From Moniliella sp. 'wahieum' (lineage: Eukaryota), in assembly GCA_003971905.1 (NCBI GenBank), contig RSEE01000051.1, forward strand, positions 372,001 to 436,000: 64,000 nt of DNA, written 5' to 3'. Positions 49,701 to 62,481 of the stretch are shown in pieces. The notes beneath the pieces are model-generated. The model saw only the letters and a list, made by a program, of their open reading frames with translations. It searched no databases and was not told the DNA's origin. Position 1 is the stretch's first letter, and every line of letters starts with the position of its first letter. The position numbers and the translations under genes are program-made.

Positions 49701-52560
49701 TACGAATGCTGCACTTGGGAGCAACAGAGTCGGTTTGCTCGTCCTCCACATCCCCACGTCAGCATCGTCAGGCTTTTGCAGGTGCTCAATATAGCCTGCC
49801 CGAACCCGATCCGTCTCGCCTGTCATCTCCAGCAAACCGGCCAGACGGTTGACCTTCTTACGACCACCTGCTAGGCTGAACCGGTCCGAAACGGAGAAAG
49901 AGCTTGACGAAGCGAGGTAGCCCAACAATTGAATCGAAAGTTGCCCGACCGCAACGGAAGGTGCATTGATGTAGAGTGCAATCTCCACCACTGTCTGGTG
50001 AGAGATAAGCAAGTGCTGGTCCAGCGGCGCATAACCGGACCCAGCACCGGAGCCAGAAGCATCGTCCCCTTCTTCCATCAAGACGGGAAGCAAATCCGCA
50101 GGAATCCATCTTGCACCTCAAATACCCGTGCAAGACTCTGCATCACCAGCTTAACCACCCTCGTCAAGAGCGAAGAAGATCGGGAGAGGGACTCATACCC
50201 TGTACCCAAAAGGCAAAGATCTCCTGTGCCAAGGGCTCATTGAGAAGAATACTCTTCACAAGTAAGAAACCTGGCGTCCTCTCGGGGAGGGAGACCAGGC
50301 CAAAGCTAGCGGGAGTAGGGGCCAAGCGGAACTCGACGAGGCAACGGACAAAAAACCCGAGGCAGGCAACGGTTACCTTCCATCTCTCTGAGGGATCGGC
50401 ATACTCGCGCCCAGCAGCCTTGAGAAACACATGCTGAACAACAAAGTCGACGTAACCGTCCGCCCCCTCTGTTATGCAAGGTACCACTGCCGTAAGAAGG
50501 TTCACCAAAGCCGTGGTGGCAGGGTAGGTCTGGCGCGCAGCCTCAACCCGCTCCAATTGGTAAATAGCACCCGAGGCTGCAATGTTCCGTTGCAAGCGAG
50601 CATCGAACGCCGATTTGCCCGTGCCCAGAAAGTCGGTAGTCATAAGGAGGGTCCACAATTCGTCTCCAATTGGCCCTGCTCCAGGGTTGTCCTGACGGGC
50701 AAAGGCGGCCAAAACGTTCAACAGGGCCGCTTTGAGTTCGACAGGGATGGGCAGAAGAGCAAGATGGAACAGGTTCTTGATCACACGGAAGTCGGAGCGC
50801 TCGTACAGGGCGGTACGCGCGACTTGAGAGTAGTACACCACGTTTCGTAGCAGATCCAAAAAGGCAACCAGCTGGCTCACCTCTCCTGCACGCATCTCCT
50901 GGGGTGGGGCAGTCTGTTCGTACAAGTCGGTAATATGCTGTACTTGCGCAAACAGGCCCGACCAGGTAAGGAACCTATCATCCAAGTGATTGAGCAGGTT
51001 GTGGGCTTGCATCGCACTCCTTGGGCCAGAGGCCAAAGCAGCGAGCATGCCCAAGAGAGAAAGTCGGGTGCTGGAGTTGCTAGTGTCAACGGCCCATATT
51101 AAGAAACGAGTGGGGCGACCGGCTGCGTCGGTCCAGAAGGGCAAACCAGATTCAGGCCGCCCGGAACATAAAGTGGAGATTAATCAAACAGTTGTTGGAT
51201 CCCATGGGGCTGTTCATCCTTCGTCTCGCCTCCTGATCGAGAGTACCCAGCTGGCGCTTTCCTCTCCCGCTGAATCTGCTTCAGCAGGGAAGCATCACGT
51301 CCACCACACCCAAAACTAGCGTTCAACTTGATTCAACACGTACGTCTCGAAGTCAGGATCGAGTTCGACCGGGTTGGGGGGTGAGGGGAGATCGTTTTCC
51401 CATGCGCTGTCGGTGATCCTGTGGGTGCGGAAGGAAAGCACGTCGACGCTCAAAAAGGCAAACACACCCGAATGAATCGTGGTGGTGGCCAGGACCTGCA
51501 ATTGTTCGACTTGGCGGGCTGCTTCGACAGAGGGGGCGGCGGGAGACGCTGAATGACAGTCAAGATCCACTGCAACCCAAGACCGAAGCCAGATGTTTGC
51601 TTTTCCACTCTGCTGGTGTCGAGAGCCCGAGTTACTTGTGCGATTGCGTCGTTCTCTTCGATCCACGTCCCTGGACGCTCCAGTGCCTCCAAGGTAGAGG
51701 TCAAGACATAAATGGTGTTGGTGCCGAACTGGTCGGGGGAAGTGTGCTGCAACCACGAGAGAAGCGCGTGAATGTCGCTTTGATAAATGTATCCCGATAG
51801 GCACAAAAGAGAAAGGACATGGGCAGCTTCCTGTGCTTCCAAAGTAAGGTAGCTCACCGTTTCTTCTTCTGGATCAAGTCATCGGGAACTGGGGCAGACC
51901 CGACGCTAACTTGATAAAGTTGCTTGTTCTGGTCCTGGGACGAGTCCAAAAGGGCCAACAGGGAGGGTACCAAGCGTTCTGTCTTTCCTGTGGAAAGAGG
52001 AACGTCCAGTGACAAGGGAGATAAGGAATGGATCGAGTAGGTCCGGGAGGAGCGTCTGCTCTTGGCTGCGGGCATCCAAGACAGTAGCAAGGACCTGCTT
52101 TAGTGTCCCAAGCAGGGCCAGTTTTTCCCTGTGAAACAGGATACAGGCAGTGTGCACGGTCCCTCTTCCCCACCTCCCGCGACTGGATCGGGCCACTTGC
52201 AAAAGGGACGCTGCATACCGCTCCGACACGTCCAGGACACAGGAGAGGAGCAAAGTCTGTTCCACCGACTCGGGGGAGAACGAGGTGCGGGTTCCGTCAA
52301 GGACAACCGTACCTACCTCCAAGGAATTAGTATGTATCCACAAGACCATAGGAGAGATGAAACGCACCACTCTCGATCTCTTTGTGCTCCGCACGGCTGG
52401 GCGGACGCACGGCCCCCAAGGACGCCAGTTCTGGCTTGGCAGCATCCAGGGCGGTGAGCCAGGGCGGAAAACGGGCAGAAGGCGAAGCGCCGTTTTCGAC
52501 GCCATCAGCGACGAGTCTTTGGAGAGCTTCGAAGCGCTCGGGAATGTAATGCGACGCCAT
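46756..52560 (-). CDS. NUP192: Inner-ring nucleoporin Nup192/Nup205; heavily frameshifted
   Basis: About 5.8 kb of helical ORF pieces: VLDVSERYAASLL, LLGMLAALASGPRSAMQAHNLL, IYQLERVEAARQTYPAT, APNVAHLLLGYD, LYVYQAQMAFFVRLAMSRKGVEALLD, TFMEMLLRKMQ. Confidence 0.85.
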
Positions 52561-52965
52561 GGGGCAGAAGCCGCAACGGCGTGGCGGGCGAGGAGGGTGG
52601 GAGAGGTGGTGGGAGTCGGAGTTGGGGCAGTCACTGGCGGGTACATCGAGTATCCAGGCTGCCTCGCGTGTTGTTAGCACAGCGGAATTGGCGTTCCGCG
52701 TCTTCCGTCTATGCGTTCGGCGTTCGGCCGCTGGGCTTGGTTGAACAATGAACATTTCACCATCTGCCGTTTCGCCCGGATTCAGGTGGGACTGGCTGTG
52801 GGCTACGAGGTAGAGAACGCCATTTGGTCGATCCTTCTTTGTTCCGCTATCATGTTCGCGTTGCAACGAGTAGCAACAACAATCGGCGGCAGAGCGGATC
52901 AACTTAACATACAAACGAAACAAACAGGGCCAAACAGAATTGCATTGCGAAAGAGAAGATAGAAA

Positions 52966-53385
52966 GAATGTGGGGACATTGGGTGATGTGAAAAAGCTTG
53001 GGGCAGAAGCGCCAATTCACGACCTTTTTGTCCCTCTTCGCATTGAAAGCGTGCTTTTGGCAACTTTTTGACCCAGCCCGTCATGACCTCGACCGTCCTC
53101 CATCGACACCCAGCCAAGGAAGGGCGGAGAAGAAGAGAAGCTCGGGGTGAGCTTCGAAAGTGCCCACTGACAAAAAAAACAACTCTGCCTTGGTCAAAAA
53201 AGTAACAGGTGGGGGGGAGCTTGTTGTTTCCTTTGGGTTCAAACACATGGGGGTTCCATATGTATATTGCTTCCATCACGGGTTGAGAGCCGGGGTAAGC
53301 CAAGAAGGTTGAGGGCGTCGGCAGGGTGGGTGGTGGCACAAAACCCAAGCAACGAAGGCACCCCGCTGGGGGTTTGGTGTGCCAG
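52966..53385 (-). ncRNA. Candidate structured non-coding RNA (H/ACA snoRNA-like)
   Basis: At least five stems, several with G-U pairs that form only on the minus strand. ANANNA boxes are present, and the terminal hairpin is followed by ACA + 3 nt. No Rfam match could be tested. Confidence 0.45.
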
Positions 53386-53843
53386 GAAGAAAAAGCGGCG
53401 AGCATGCTGAGGTAATCAAGGCCGAGGCAGACTCCGCTTGGGCGTTGTGGAGGCTTGGAGGGCCAAGATCCGTTCCGGCCAAATTGAACTTGAACGTTCG
53501 ACTATCAACGTGTCACATGTCACATGTCAACGTTCAACGTTCAACGAACGTTCAATCGAACGTTCAAAGTACGTCAACGCTGGATCTGCAAATTGAAATC
53601 TGGGGTTGGATGCCAGAGGCCGGGGATACCAGATGATACCTCCGAACTGAGCACAGTGAGATCTGAGGACCCCACGAGAATGGGATGGGAGAGAGCCCCG
53701 GATTCAATAACCGGGACGGGTACAAGCCCCGTATTGATTTGATCTTGTTATGCCACGTGCGGGTCTGGTCTCCTGGCACTAGAGCTCCACACGGCCAGCC
53801 GCGCGCACGTGTCCCACCACCATCTCATCTGCTTGTCGCCACC

Positions 53844-55375
53844 ATGAGCTGGGATCTAGACAGTCTTGGCAACAAACTCGCCAACCTGACTGTATACGAT
53901 GTCAAGTCTCTCTACCGTCAGGCGCGCAACTACGCTCTCAACGTCTCCGAGATCGAGGCCAAGGTGGACGAGGCGACCAACTCGGACCCCTGGGGCGCTT
54001 CCACCACGCTGATGTACGAGATTGCCCAGGCAACCCACAACTATGCCGACGTTGGTGAAATTATGCAAGCCATCTTGCGCCGCTTCATGGAGAAAGAAGC
54101 GCACGAGTGGCGCGAAATCTACAAGGTGCGCCCTCCCTTGCCTCGCGTGTTGAGCTGCTTGTTCACCTGAAACGTATTGCCGTGGCCCAGGCGCTCGTTC
54201 TTCTTGAATACTTGGTCAAGAATGGGGCAGAACGAGTGGTGGATGATGCGCGGATGCACATTTCGACCATCAAGATCCTTCGCAACTTCTACTACGTCGA
54301 GCCCGAGACGGCGAAGGATGTGGGTGTCAATGTCCGCACCCGGGCGACCGAATTAGCCGATCTGCTTGGAGATGTGGATCGCATCCGCTCCGAACGGCGC
54401 AAAGCGCGCGTCAACCGGGCCAAGTTCGAAGGAGGGGGTGGCGGCGGTGACTTTGTTCCTGGCTCGGGAGCTGGTCGTTTTGCTGGCTTCTCCTCTGACC
54501 AATACTTTGGCTCGGGTGGCTTGGCTGGCGGCCATACCTCCTATTCGGGAGGGGGTGACGCAGGCACCTCCTCGTACGATGTTGGATACGACGAATACGA
54601 CGCCGGTGCCGACGAAAGGCCTGCCCCGCGCTCGGCCGGCCGTGCACCAGCACGAAAGCCGGTTCTTCCTCCGCGGTCGGCCAAACTGCTACTGTAGCAA
54701 CCCCAGCGCCGCCGGTCCTGTAGTGGCAGACTTGTTGGACTGGGAGGACAGCGATGATGATAAACCCTTGCGCCCAGCGCCTGCAGCCGTCCCTGCGTCG
54801 GTCTCTGTCCCCGCCCCGATCACGAACAATACAAAAGGCAAGGCCGCAAGCCCTTTGGATGACTTTGGTGATTTCGGCGACTTCGCCACTTCGATCCCCG
54901 CTGCTGCGGCGCCCTCGTTGACTGCTCCGTCCCTAGCGCCGGCGGCTCTAGCTTCTCCTATGCCGATGTCCGCCGCGGCTCCATCCGTCCCGTCCGCTCT
55001 AGCAGCCGCTCCCGCCCCTGCGCCCGTGCAGCCCCCTAAGGCCAATGCAGCCATGTTTGACTTTTTGGCTCCGAGCCAGAGTGGGGGTCGAACGACAGGT
55101 CCGGGGGTAAGGATGGCTCAGAGGGATCATTTGTTTCTTCCGCTTCCTCATTCACTGGTACGGGCGGGACCAAAGCCACTGCTCCTGCAGCCCAAGTAAC
55201 CAGCGCTGGCGGGTTTGATGATCTGTGGGCCGCAGCCGGCCCCAAAACGGCGCCGGCGTCCGAAGCGCCCAAGACTATGGCCCAGTTGGCCGCCAGCAAA
55301 TCAGCCAATGCAGTGTGGGGTGGTGGGGCAGCACAAGGGGTCAGCAAGTCCAAGGATGTGTTTGACTTGCTCTAG
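53844..55375 (+). CDS. ENT3: Epsin-related ENTH-domain clathrin adaptor (Ent3/epsinR type); intron 54126-54190
   Basis: TVYDVKSLYRQARNY..EAKVDEATNSDPWGASTTLM..EWREIYK|ALVLLEYLVKNGAERVVDDAR..DVGVNVR. The tail has DLLDW, DDFGDF and a final DVFDLL. Confidence 0.9.
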
Positions 55376-56256
55376 GAGTCGCCCGCCGTGGAGCGTTCTA
55401 GAGCTTTGGGGCGACTAGCTAGTGTCGTCAACTTGCTATCATGGAGGGAAGCAGTGCGTCGACAGTAACGCTTGACACCGAGAGTAGAAGCGTTTGCGAA
55501 CGTCGGTTCGATCTTGGTCTCACATGTGCGTGGGTCTTCTGGGTGATGCTCTATTTGGGCATGATGGTGAATGCGATGCCCAAAACGACACGTCAAGCCA
55601 GCACTCCAGCCATGGGGCTATGGGCATATATAGGAGATGGATGCTGGATACGTGGATGCTGAACTGAAGGGAAGCTGCAAGTCAACCGTAGATGTGTTAT
55701 GCTGGTCGCGATTCACGTACCTACGAAATCGTCAAACCACACCAGCTCATCTCCATTTGGCTGCAGGATGTATCGATGGTGTCGCAGCTGGGTGGTGCCA
55801 ACGATAGAAGAGAGCGACAGCCCACTGCAATTCAGCCTCCTATGGGGTTCGCTTAGTTGGCCAGCCTCCCCTGTCGACACGGTTCCCCGAGAACGATATT
55901 GCGATCATCTGGTCCTCCTTCTCTTTCACCCAGAGGCCGCCACGCGCGCCTTTGTCATCCACTGCCGCATCCGCAACGTCAACCAGTACTGGCACACCAC
56001 GGAAAACGCTTTGATCGCGCTGTCTCCAGTGCGTGCTATTTTGCGGGTGCATGAAAAGCAACTCAATTGCCACTTGACACTGGTGTGCCCTAACACCAAG
56101 GCGTCTCTCCAATACACGAGCCTATCATGACGAATAACTTCTACAAGATCTACTGGGGACCTCGCGAGAACATGGGAGGAAGGGGTGGGAGATGGTTCAG
56201 GACATGTTACAGTCAAAGCTTGCGGGCTGCTAGAGCCTTTTGGACCGACCCGAGAG

Positions 56257-58931
56257 CTTACGGCTATCTGACCCGGGAATCCGCGGGTGAACTGGTTGCG
56301 GTTTCGCGTGCCGCGACCCCGAGGGGCCGGACCGCCGCCCGACGGCGCTCGCCCAGGCCCGTAGTCTCCGGTGCAGCACCACCCGTGGCCTGGGCGCCCC
56401 GCTGCAACTCGGCGGAAAGCGTCTTCTCGTTGGTTTCCAGCAGGGCCGCCGCCTTTCCGCCAAGGCCGAGGCCAGGGGGTGCAGACGCGGTTGCGCCGCT
56501 CCCCGAGCGGAAGAGCCGGCGGGCAAGGTGAAGCGGACCACATTGTCCACGGCATCCAGCCTGGCCGACGGCAACTCGTCTGACCAGATCATTTTGCTCA
56601 CCAGAGCACGGGCCTTGCCCAGCGGGATTCCAAACTGCGTGGCGAGCGACACGAGGGAAGGGTCTCATAGTGCGCCGCGTAGGAGAAGAGCCAGGTACGG
56701 ATGCCAGCAGCTTGAATGTGCGCATCCAACTTGGCCAGCACCTTCTCCTGGTCCGGCAGCAGCGACCAGATCGTGATCTCACGGATCAGCTGGCTCGAGC
56801 TGGCCCAGTCCCCACCCTGCAGAGCCCGCGACGCAGCGATCACGTGGTCCCGCATGTTCTCGGGCGGGCCAGAGAAGACCTGCCGGTCGGCGTAGTCCAG
56901 CATCCGCCGGAGCGGGCGGGAGATGACCCGACGCCGGGCCGCCTCGGGGTCCATGCTGGCCGAGGCACGGGCCAGGTGGGGGATCTCGAGGAGCATACTG
57001 GCGGTGAGGTAGATGGCCTCGAGCAGTTCAAGGTTGATATGCAAGTGGAAGGGCACGGCAAGACGCTTCTCCGCCGCCTCTTGTTCAGGGGAGAGTTGGT
57101 TGCGCTCCGTCGCGCGCTGAGCTCCTTGAGCTAGCAGCTCTCGTGCCCGGCCATGTGCAAACAGTTCCTGCAGCGCCGCTTGGGCATCCTTCACCGCGCC
57201 CGCCCGGAACGCCGCCGCGCCCAGCTGAGCGACGACACGGTTGTACAAGATCTGCGTCGCAGCATCGGCACGGTGGATCGCTTCCTGGAGGTGGCTCATA
57301 AGGAACAAGTCGCGCGCGCCGTGGTAGCGCCCTTGAAGGGCGACATGGTAGACTTGGCACAACATCGAACGGGTCTTGAGCCGCTCCGCGTCAATTGCCT
57401 GGCTGGCATACAAGCGTGCAGAGCGCACGAACCAGGGCACTCGTCCCGTTAGGCGCCGCAATCACCTCGGGGCCGGAGTGACCTTGGAGACAAACGGCGC
57501 TGCCGAGGCGTACGTGTCAGCGACCGCGCGCTCAAGCGCCTGCGTGATGGGCTCTTGCTTCGCATAGACGTGCTCAAGACGACGCGCCAGCACACGGTCC
57601 ACCGCCAGTCCCTGCTCACGCAGCTCAAAGTACAGCTGCGAACGGATGATGACAGCATACAACCGCTTCTCATCTGCCAGACGCTCGACATACTCGGGCG
57701 TGTGTGGATCAATGGCGCGAAGAGAGGCGTTGAACTCATCGTCCAACCGTTCCACAAACGAGACGAGGTTCCCGCGCACCGCCACAACGGGTCCCTCCCC
57801 GTTCACGTTGGGCTTGCGGTCCTCCTCATCGTCGTACTCAGGGGTCTGTTCCGCAATGACGTAGCTCGGCTCGGCGGCGAGAATCTCAAACAGAGCGAGC
57901 AGGTCCTTGCGCGCCGCCTCCCACCGGTCCACAGGAAGGTACGCGTGGTTCGTACTGTTGTAGTCAAACCGGATCGCCAACAACGCCATCTGAACACGAA
58001 TCTTCTGGTACGCTCCTGACGCCACCCCAGCCAACGCCTCCAACGTTGCAATCTGCCCGGCGCGGTCGGTCGTCTTGCGTCCACGAGCCTCCATGATGGC
58101 GGCCATGGTCTTGAACAGGCCTTCGGACGAGATAGTCGTCGTCTTCCCACCACGACCAACAGTCTCAAACCCGTCCTCGCCCGCCTGCTGAGCAGGCTCC
58201 ACAACCGGAGCGCCAAAGCGAACGCCAATAGCACCGGCCGGGCGGGGAGTAGGGGCCACGGGCGGGGGCGGAGCCTCAGTCTCGGCAATCGCCGCCTCGG
58301 CCTTTGCCACAAACGCATCCGAGTCCTCACGGAAAGCAGCAACCTCCTTCTCGTGCTCGCGAACCATTTTGCGGAGCTTCTGGGAAACCGTGTTAAGCGC
58401 ACGCGCGTTGATAGCGTTCATCTGCTTTTTCTTGGGCTTGGCCTCGGTCGCGAGCGTGTCCAGCTCGGCAAGGGTGCGAATGAAGATAGGTCCCACTGGC
58501 TCGCCCAAGCTGCGCTGCCGGTCCGCCAAGCGCACAATCTCGTCCCATCCACGCGAAATGGACGCCCAGTCGTTAATCCGCCGAGCATTGTTCAGACTGC
58601 TGGCCGCTGCGATCAGTTCCTCCGCACGCTTCTGCCGCGCCGACTTGACGACCTTGGGCGCATCGGAGTCCGAGTCCGAATCCGAATCGTCTCCGCCACG
58701 AAGGAAACGGTTCTTCTTGGCGGCACCGCCATCCTCGTCGCTGGACATGTCCTCGTCGGAATCTTCGTCTGAGTCCGAGTCGGAATCGTCGTCCGAGTCG
58801 GAACGCATGAAAGCATTCTTCTTTTGGGTCGGCTTGGGCGCCTCATCCTCCGAAGAGGAGAGGAGGGACTCCTCGTCCGAGTCGGACGACGAGCTCTCGC
58901 TGTCGCTGTTGACGCGGCGGAAGAAGGACAT
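56257..58931 (-). CDS. NIP1: Translation initiation factor eIF3 subunit c; 3' end approximate
   Basis: MSFFRRVNSDSESSSSDSDEE, KVVKSARQKR, RGNLVSFVERLDDEF, IDPHTPEYVERL, ARDLFLMSHLQE, PFHLHINLELLE, GPPENMRDHV, PCI domain. Confidence 0.95.
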
Positions 58932-59794
58932 GGTGTGGTGAACGCAGCCCCTGGTGGGTGCGACGGCACGCAAGGCAGCAGGGGTGCGCACGCAACACTC
59001 CCCTCTCGCCTGTCGCAAAAAGCAGCAGAAAAAATCAGCACTGCAGGAGAGCGGCGTTTACGTAACCGCTCTTCCTTCTTTCCGGCACAGTCGCATGTTA
59101 TAGGTCACATGACCAATGGGGTCCCAATTTTTCAGGTGGTATATATGCGCACTACGCACACACACGCTTGGCATAATGCAATGCCATTAATGGCGGACAG
59201 GGTTGTCATAGTTTGGCTGATCTCGCTTCCATTTCCAATTTCTTCGTCTCGAGCGTCTCGCTCCTTTCCTGTTCCTTCCACTTCGCACCATGTCCTCTGT
59301 TCTTGCTTCTTCCCCACGAACGATTGCTACACCCCTTGGCCTAGTCCGATCCTGGTCTCCCTCGCCTTAGCCCCGACTGTGACAAGGGTGGTCGTTATCT
59401 AAAAGCTTGACATCAAGAACGCTAAGCAGACGATACCTATGAAGCAGCCACAACTTCACGATGGAAGCCGGCGCAGAACGTATGAGGATGCAAGGGCGCT
59501 GCGGGACCACCCAGCAAAATAATTGACAGAAAAAAAGCGATCACACAGTAGGCGGGAAAGATCATTTTTTGTATTGTGAAAAGGGGGTATATAATGGGAG
59601 GGTAGACATAAGATATGGTCGCATATTTGATGCGCAAGTTGGGGACGTCTGTATGAGAGGGAGTAGGAGGATATGAGGAGATGAAAAATGGAAAAGGAAG
59701 GAGTATGGAAAGAATAACACAGAGAAAGGGGAAAAAGAATGCGAATGTGGTGTTAGACGACGCCCAACACGAAGACGAGGAGTAAACATTGCGT

Positions 59795-61292
59795 TCATCC
59801 GTGCGCTGGGACGATAGCATGGGGACCTTTTGGACGCGAGAGAGATCTCAGCAGTGCATCGATCTCTTTGAAGTTGTCGTCATTCCGCGCGAAGCGAAGG
59901 TGACGATGTGAGGTCTCATGTTCCTCTAGATCTTCAAACTTGACCCGGCAGTTTTCGCAGTATCCAGGCTTTTTGTCTTTAGCTCGGCGGTAGCGTGGAC
60001 TCATAATGACCCCGGCCGCACGCAGTTCCATAAACTCACGTACGGCGCTACGCGGCACTGATGGTGAGGATGGGGGTAAAGGTAGGCCGAATGGGGGATG
60101 CGGCCATGCGTGGCACAGACGGGGTTCCCTTTCCCCACGATACAGCAGCGTCAGGAATGACAGAGACGTCTGGAACGACCGAAGCAGGCGAAGCTTTCAT
60201 TCCTACCCACTTCGTCCACGCTGAGAAGGGGGATGCGTTCGCCAAGATGGGAGTTCGGGGGGAGGCATTGGCTACCAAACCCCCTGCCCCAACGTCAGAC
60301 GTAGGCTCCTCGTTCCACGCGTTCTTCTGGTTTCGACTCGCGTCAATCATATCGGTTTGGTCGAGAATCACGCGAAGGGAACGCCAACTGTTCGGCGTCG
60401 TTTCTTTGCGCCGTCGCAAGGAGGGGCAGCAAAAGGGCATCGCCCCTCCCCGTCGTTGTACAGCACAGGCCATGGTGCTAGTTCGCCTTTTTGGGGGTAA
60501 GCAAACCTTTCAAAGTACACGGGACGGCAGGCTTGCGTTGCGTCTTCCACCAAGAGTGTAGCACAGTCCTTGCCCAAAGGGGCATAAGTTCCCGCCAATA
60601 CATACTTCCTAGACTGGGCATCCCACGCATACTCGTACCCGTCCGCTTCAAGAGCCAATGGGGCTGCAGTTGGACACTCGCTGTTGTAAGCCAATGCGGA
60701 TGGGCGGGGCGGGGACGATGCAGAGGAATTGTCAGTAACCGCAAGGGTGTGAAGACCAATGTCGAGTGGCTGTTGGGCAACAGGTACTGAATCCACGAAC
60801 AGATCGGTGGCACCATCAAAAATGTTGAGGACGGTGAGCAGCTCTGAAACGAATCCGGTGTTAGCAGTCGGATCTGACACAGTCTTATCTCTCAGTGGTG
60901 GCGATCAAAAACCTGAAAAGGGTATACGCACTGTCCCGCTTCCAGATGTGAATGTTCATGCGGGTTGCTTTCGCCACAAGGCCATCCCTCTCGCTCAAGC
61001 GGGGCTGCATTTGCTTGGGAGTGGTGGCCAAATCATGGCTGATGCCTGCGTAAGAGAGTGGATTGTTGTTGGTGCGCTTGAGAGATGCAGGACCAGCAAG
61101 GACGAGATGGGTGCATTGCTGGCTGAAGCAATGTTCGACGCGTGCACCGTGTGCGGAAATGCGGCTGGCGATACGGGCATGTTCGTCTGCGTCGACACCG
61201 TCAAGGAAGAATGTGTAAGCGGGGAAGACACGGTGGTACTTGGTGCGATAAGAGTCCAGTTCGGCACGCATGTCGCGCTCGCGGACGGGCAT
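59795..61292 (-). CDS. DBF4: Cdc7 kinase regulatory subunit Dbf4/Dfp1
   Basis: Motif N (YHRVFPAYTFFLDG..GARVEHCFSQQCTHLV), motif M (LLVEDATQACRPV..WPVLY) and motif C zinc finger (KPGYCENCRVKFEDLEEHETSHRHLRFARNDDNFKEIDALL). Confidence 0.9.
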
Positions 61293-62374
61293 AGTGGACC
61301 GGGTGAGGGGAGGATGAAAGGGTTGGAAGTTGTGCGGATGTTGGTGCGAGAGTGAGAGTAAAAAAGCGAGAGGATGAGGATGAGGATGAGAAGGAAGAGG
61401 AAGAGGAAAAGAGGAAGAGGAAAAGAGGAAGGGAAAGGGAAGGATGGTGGCAAAACGGACGACAGCGCCACAGGTCGTGTCCTGATCGGTATTCACTATC
61501 GTCAATAATCAAACACCTCTGTCAGCTCACACAGAGTATGAGCACTTTTGGAGTACTTTGAGTATTATATACAGTAGTGACTTACGACGCGCGGTATTGT
61601 AATGCGGCGCAGCGTGCTATCGTCGGTTTTTTGTGCGTGCGATCCACACTACGTTTTGCGGCGGTGTGGGTGCCTGAGCGCATCAGCGCATCAGCGCCTG
61701 GGCGCCTGGGCCCGGCCTCTGTTTGATGCATGCGAAGGCGCTGAATGTCGGGTCAGTGGTGAACGCCTGGTGTGCCTCCGGAGTCTGGACGAGCGGCGCA
61801 GGCAACCTTTTAATACTATCACTCTGGCTGAAGCTTGAAGCAAGCCCCTGGCTCTCCCGCGTGTCTCGGCCTTTTGCGTACTCGATGATATGGGCTGTTG
61901 GCTGCGCAAAGGGGGGAACTTTCTCCAGGGGCTGTCCCCCCTCTTATTGCCTGTGCGTTTGGCGTTGAGTGTTGGCTGAGATATTATAATCTCCTCGGTC
62001 CTGATCTGATCATCTAGATAAGATACGTATCGATCTGTCTGGTTGCTTGCTTACGCCGTTGCGTATGTCCTCTGTGCACTGCTGCAGGCACCGGACGCAG
62101 CACGGTGTAATGGGCTACTCAAAGAACGCTCACACAGCTCAGGCTCTCTCTGCCCTCTCATATTCACCGGCCGCGCGGCAGAGTTGCAACTGAAGATCTC
62201 AATGATCGGGATGAGGACGGGGCGGTTGGAGGGGGAATTCTCACTGAGATCTGAGGCCAGAAGCCATTTTCCACCCTTCATTAGGATCCAGGTGCTCCTC
62301 TCTGAGATCTGATGGCCATATCCTCCTTGATTGCGCTATGGAGTTAGCAATACTTAGTCTGAACTGGAACGCAA

Positions 62375-62481
62375 GACACTTTAGGGCAGTGGTTACCCCG
62401 TTCGCCTGCTATATGGAGCACCTTGCAACAAGGGCCAGCGAATCCTCTCTGAGGGCGTGAGTTCGAATCTCACAGGTGTCG
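62375..62481 (+). tRNA. tRNA-Ser(GCT) with ~25-nt intron (62412-62436)
   Basis: Acceptor GACACTT/AGGTGTC, anticodon stem TTCGC/GCGAA with loop CT-GCT-A, long variable arm, T-arm GTGAGTTCGAATCTCAC, discriminator G, T-run downstream. Confidence 0.93.

Noticed and set aside
11623..55375. LAA1 and ENT3 as a functional AP-1/clathrin cluster
   Set aside because: They are 35 kb and about 10 unrelated genes apart, which is compatible with chance.
61366..61446. Purine-rich tract and acidic/basic mini-ORF
   Set aside because: Ordinary pyrimidine-rich 5' leader of DBF4 on the minus strand.
61864..61876. TCTCGGCCTTTTG resembling the U2 snRNA 5' end
   Set aside because: Not followed by GCTAAGATCA or the GTAGTA branch-pairing sequence.
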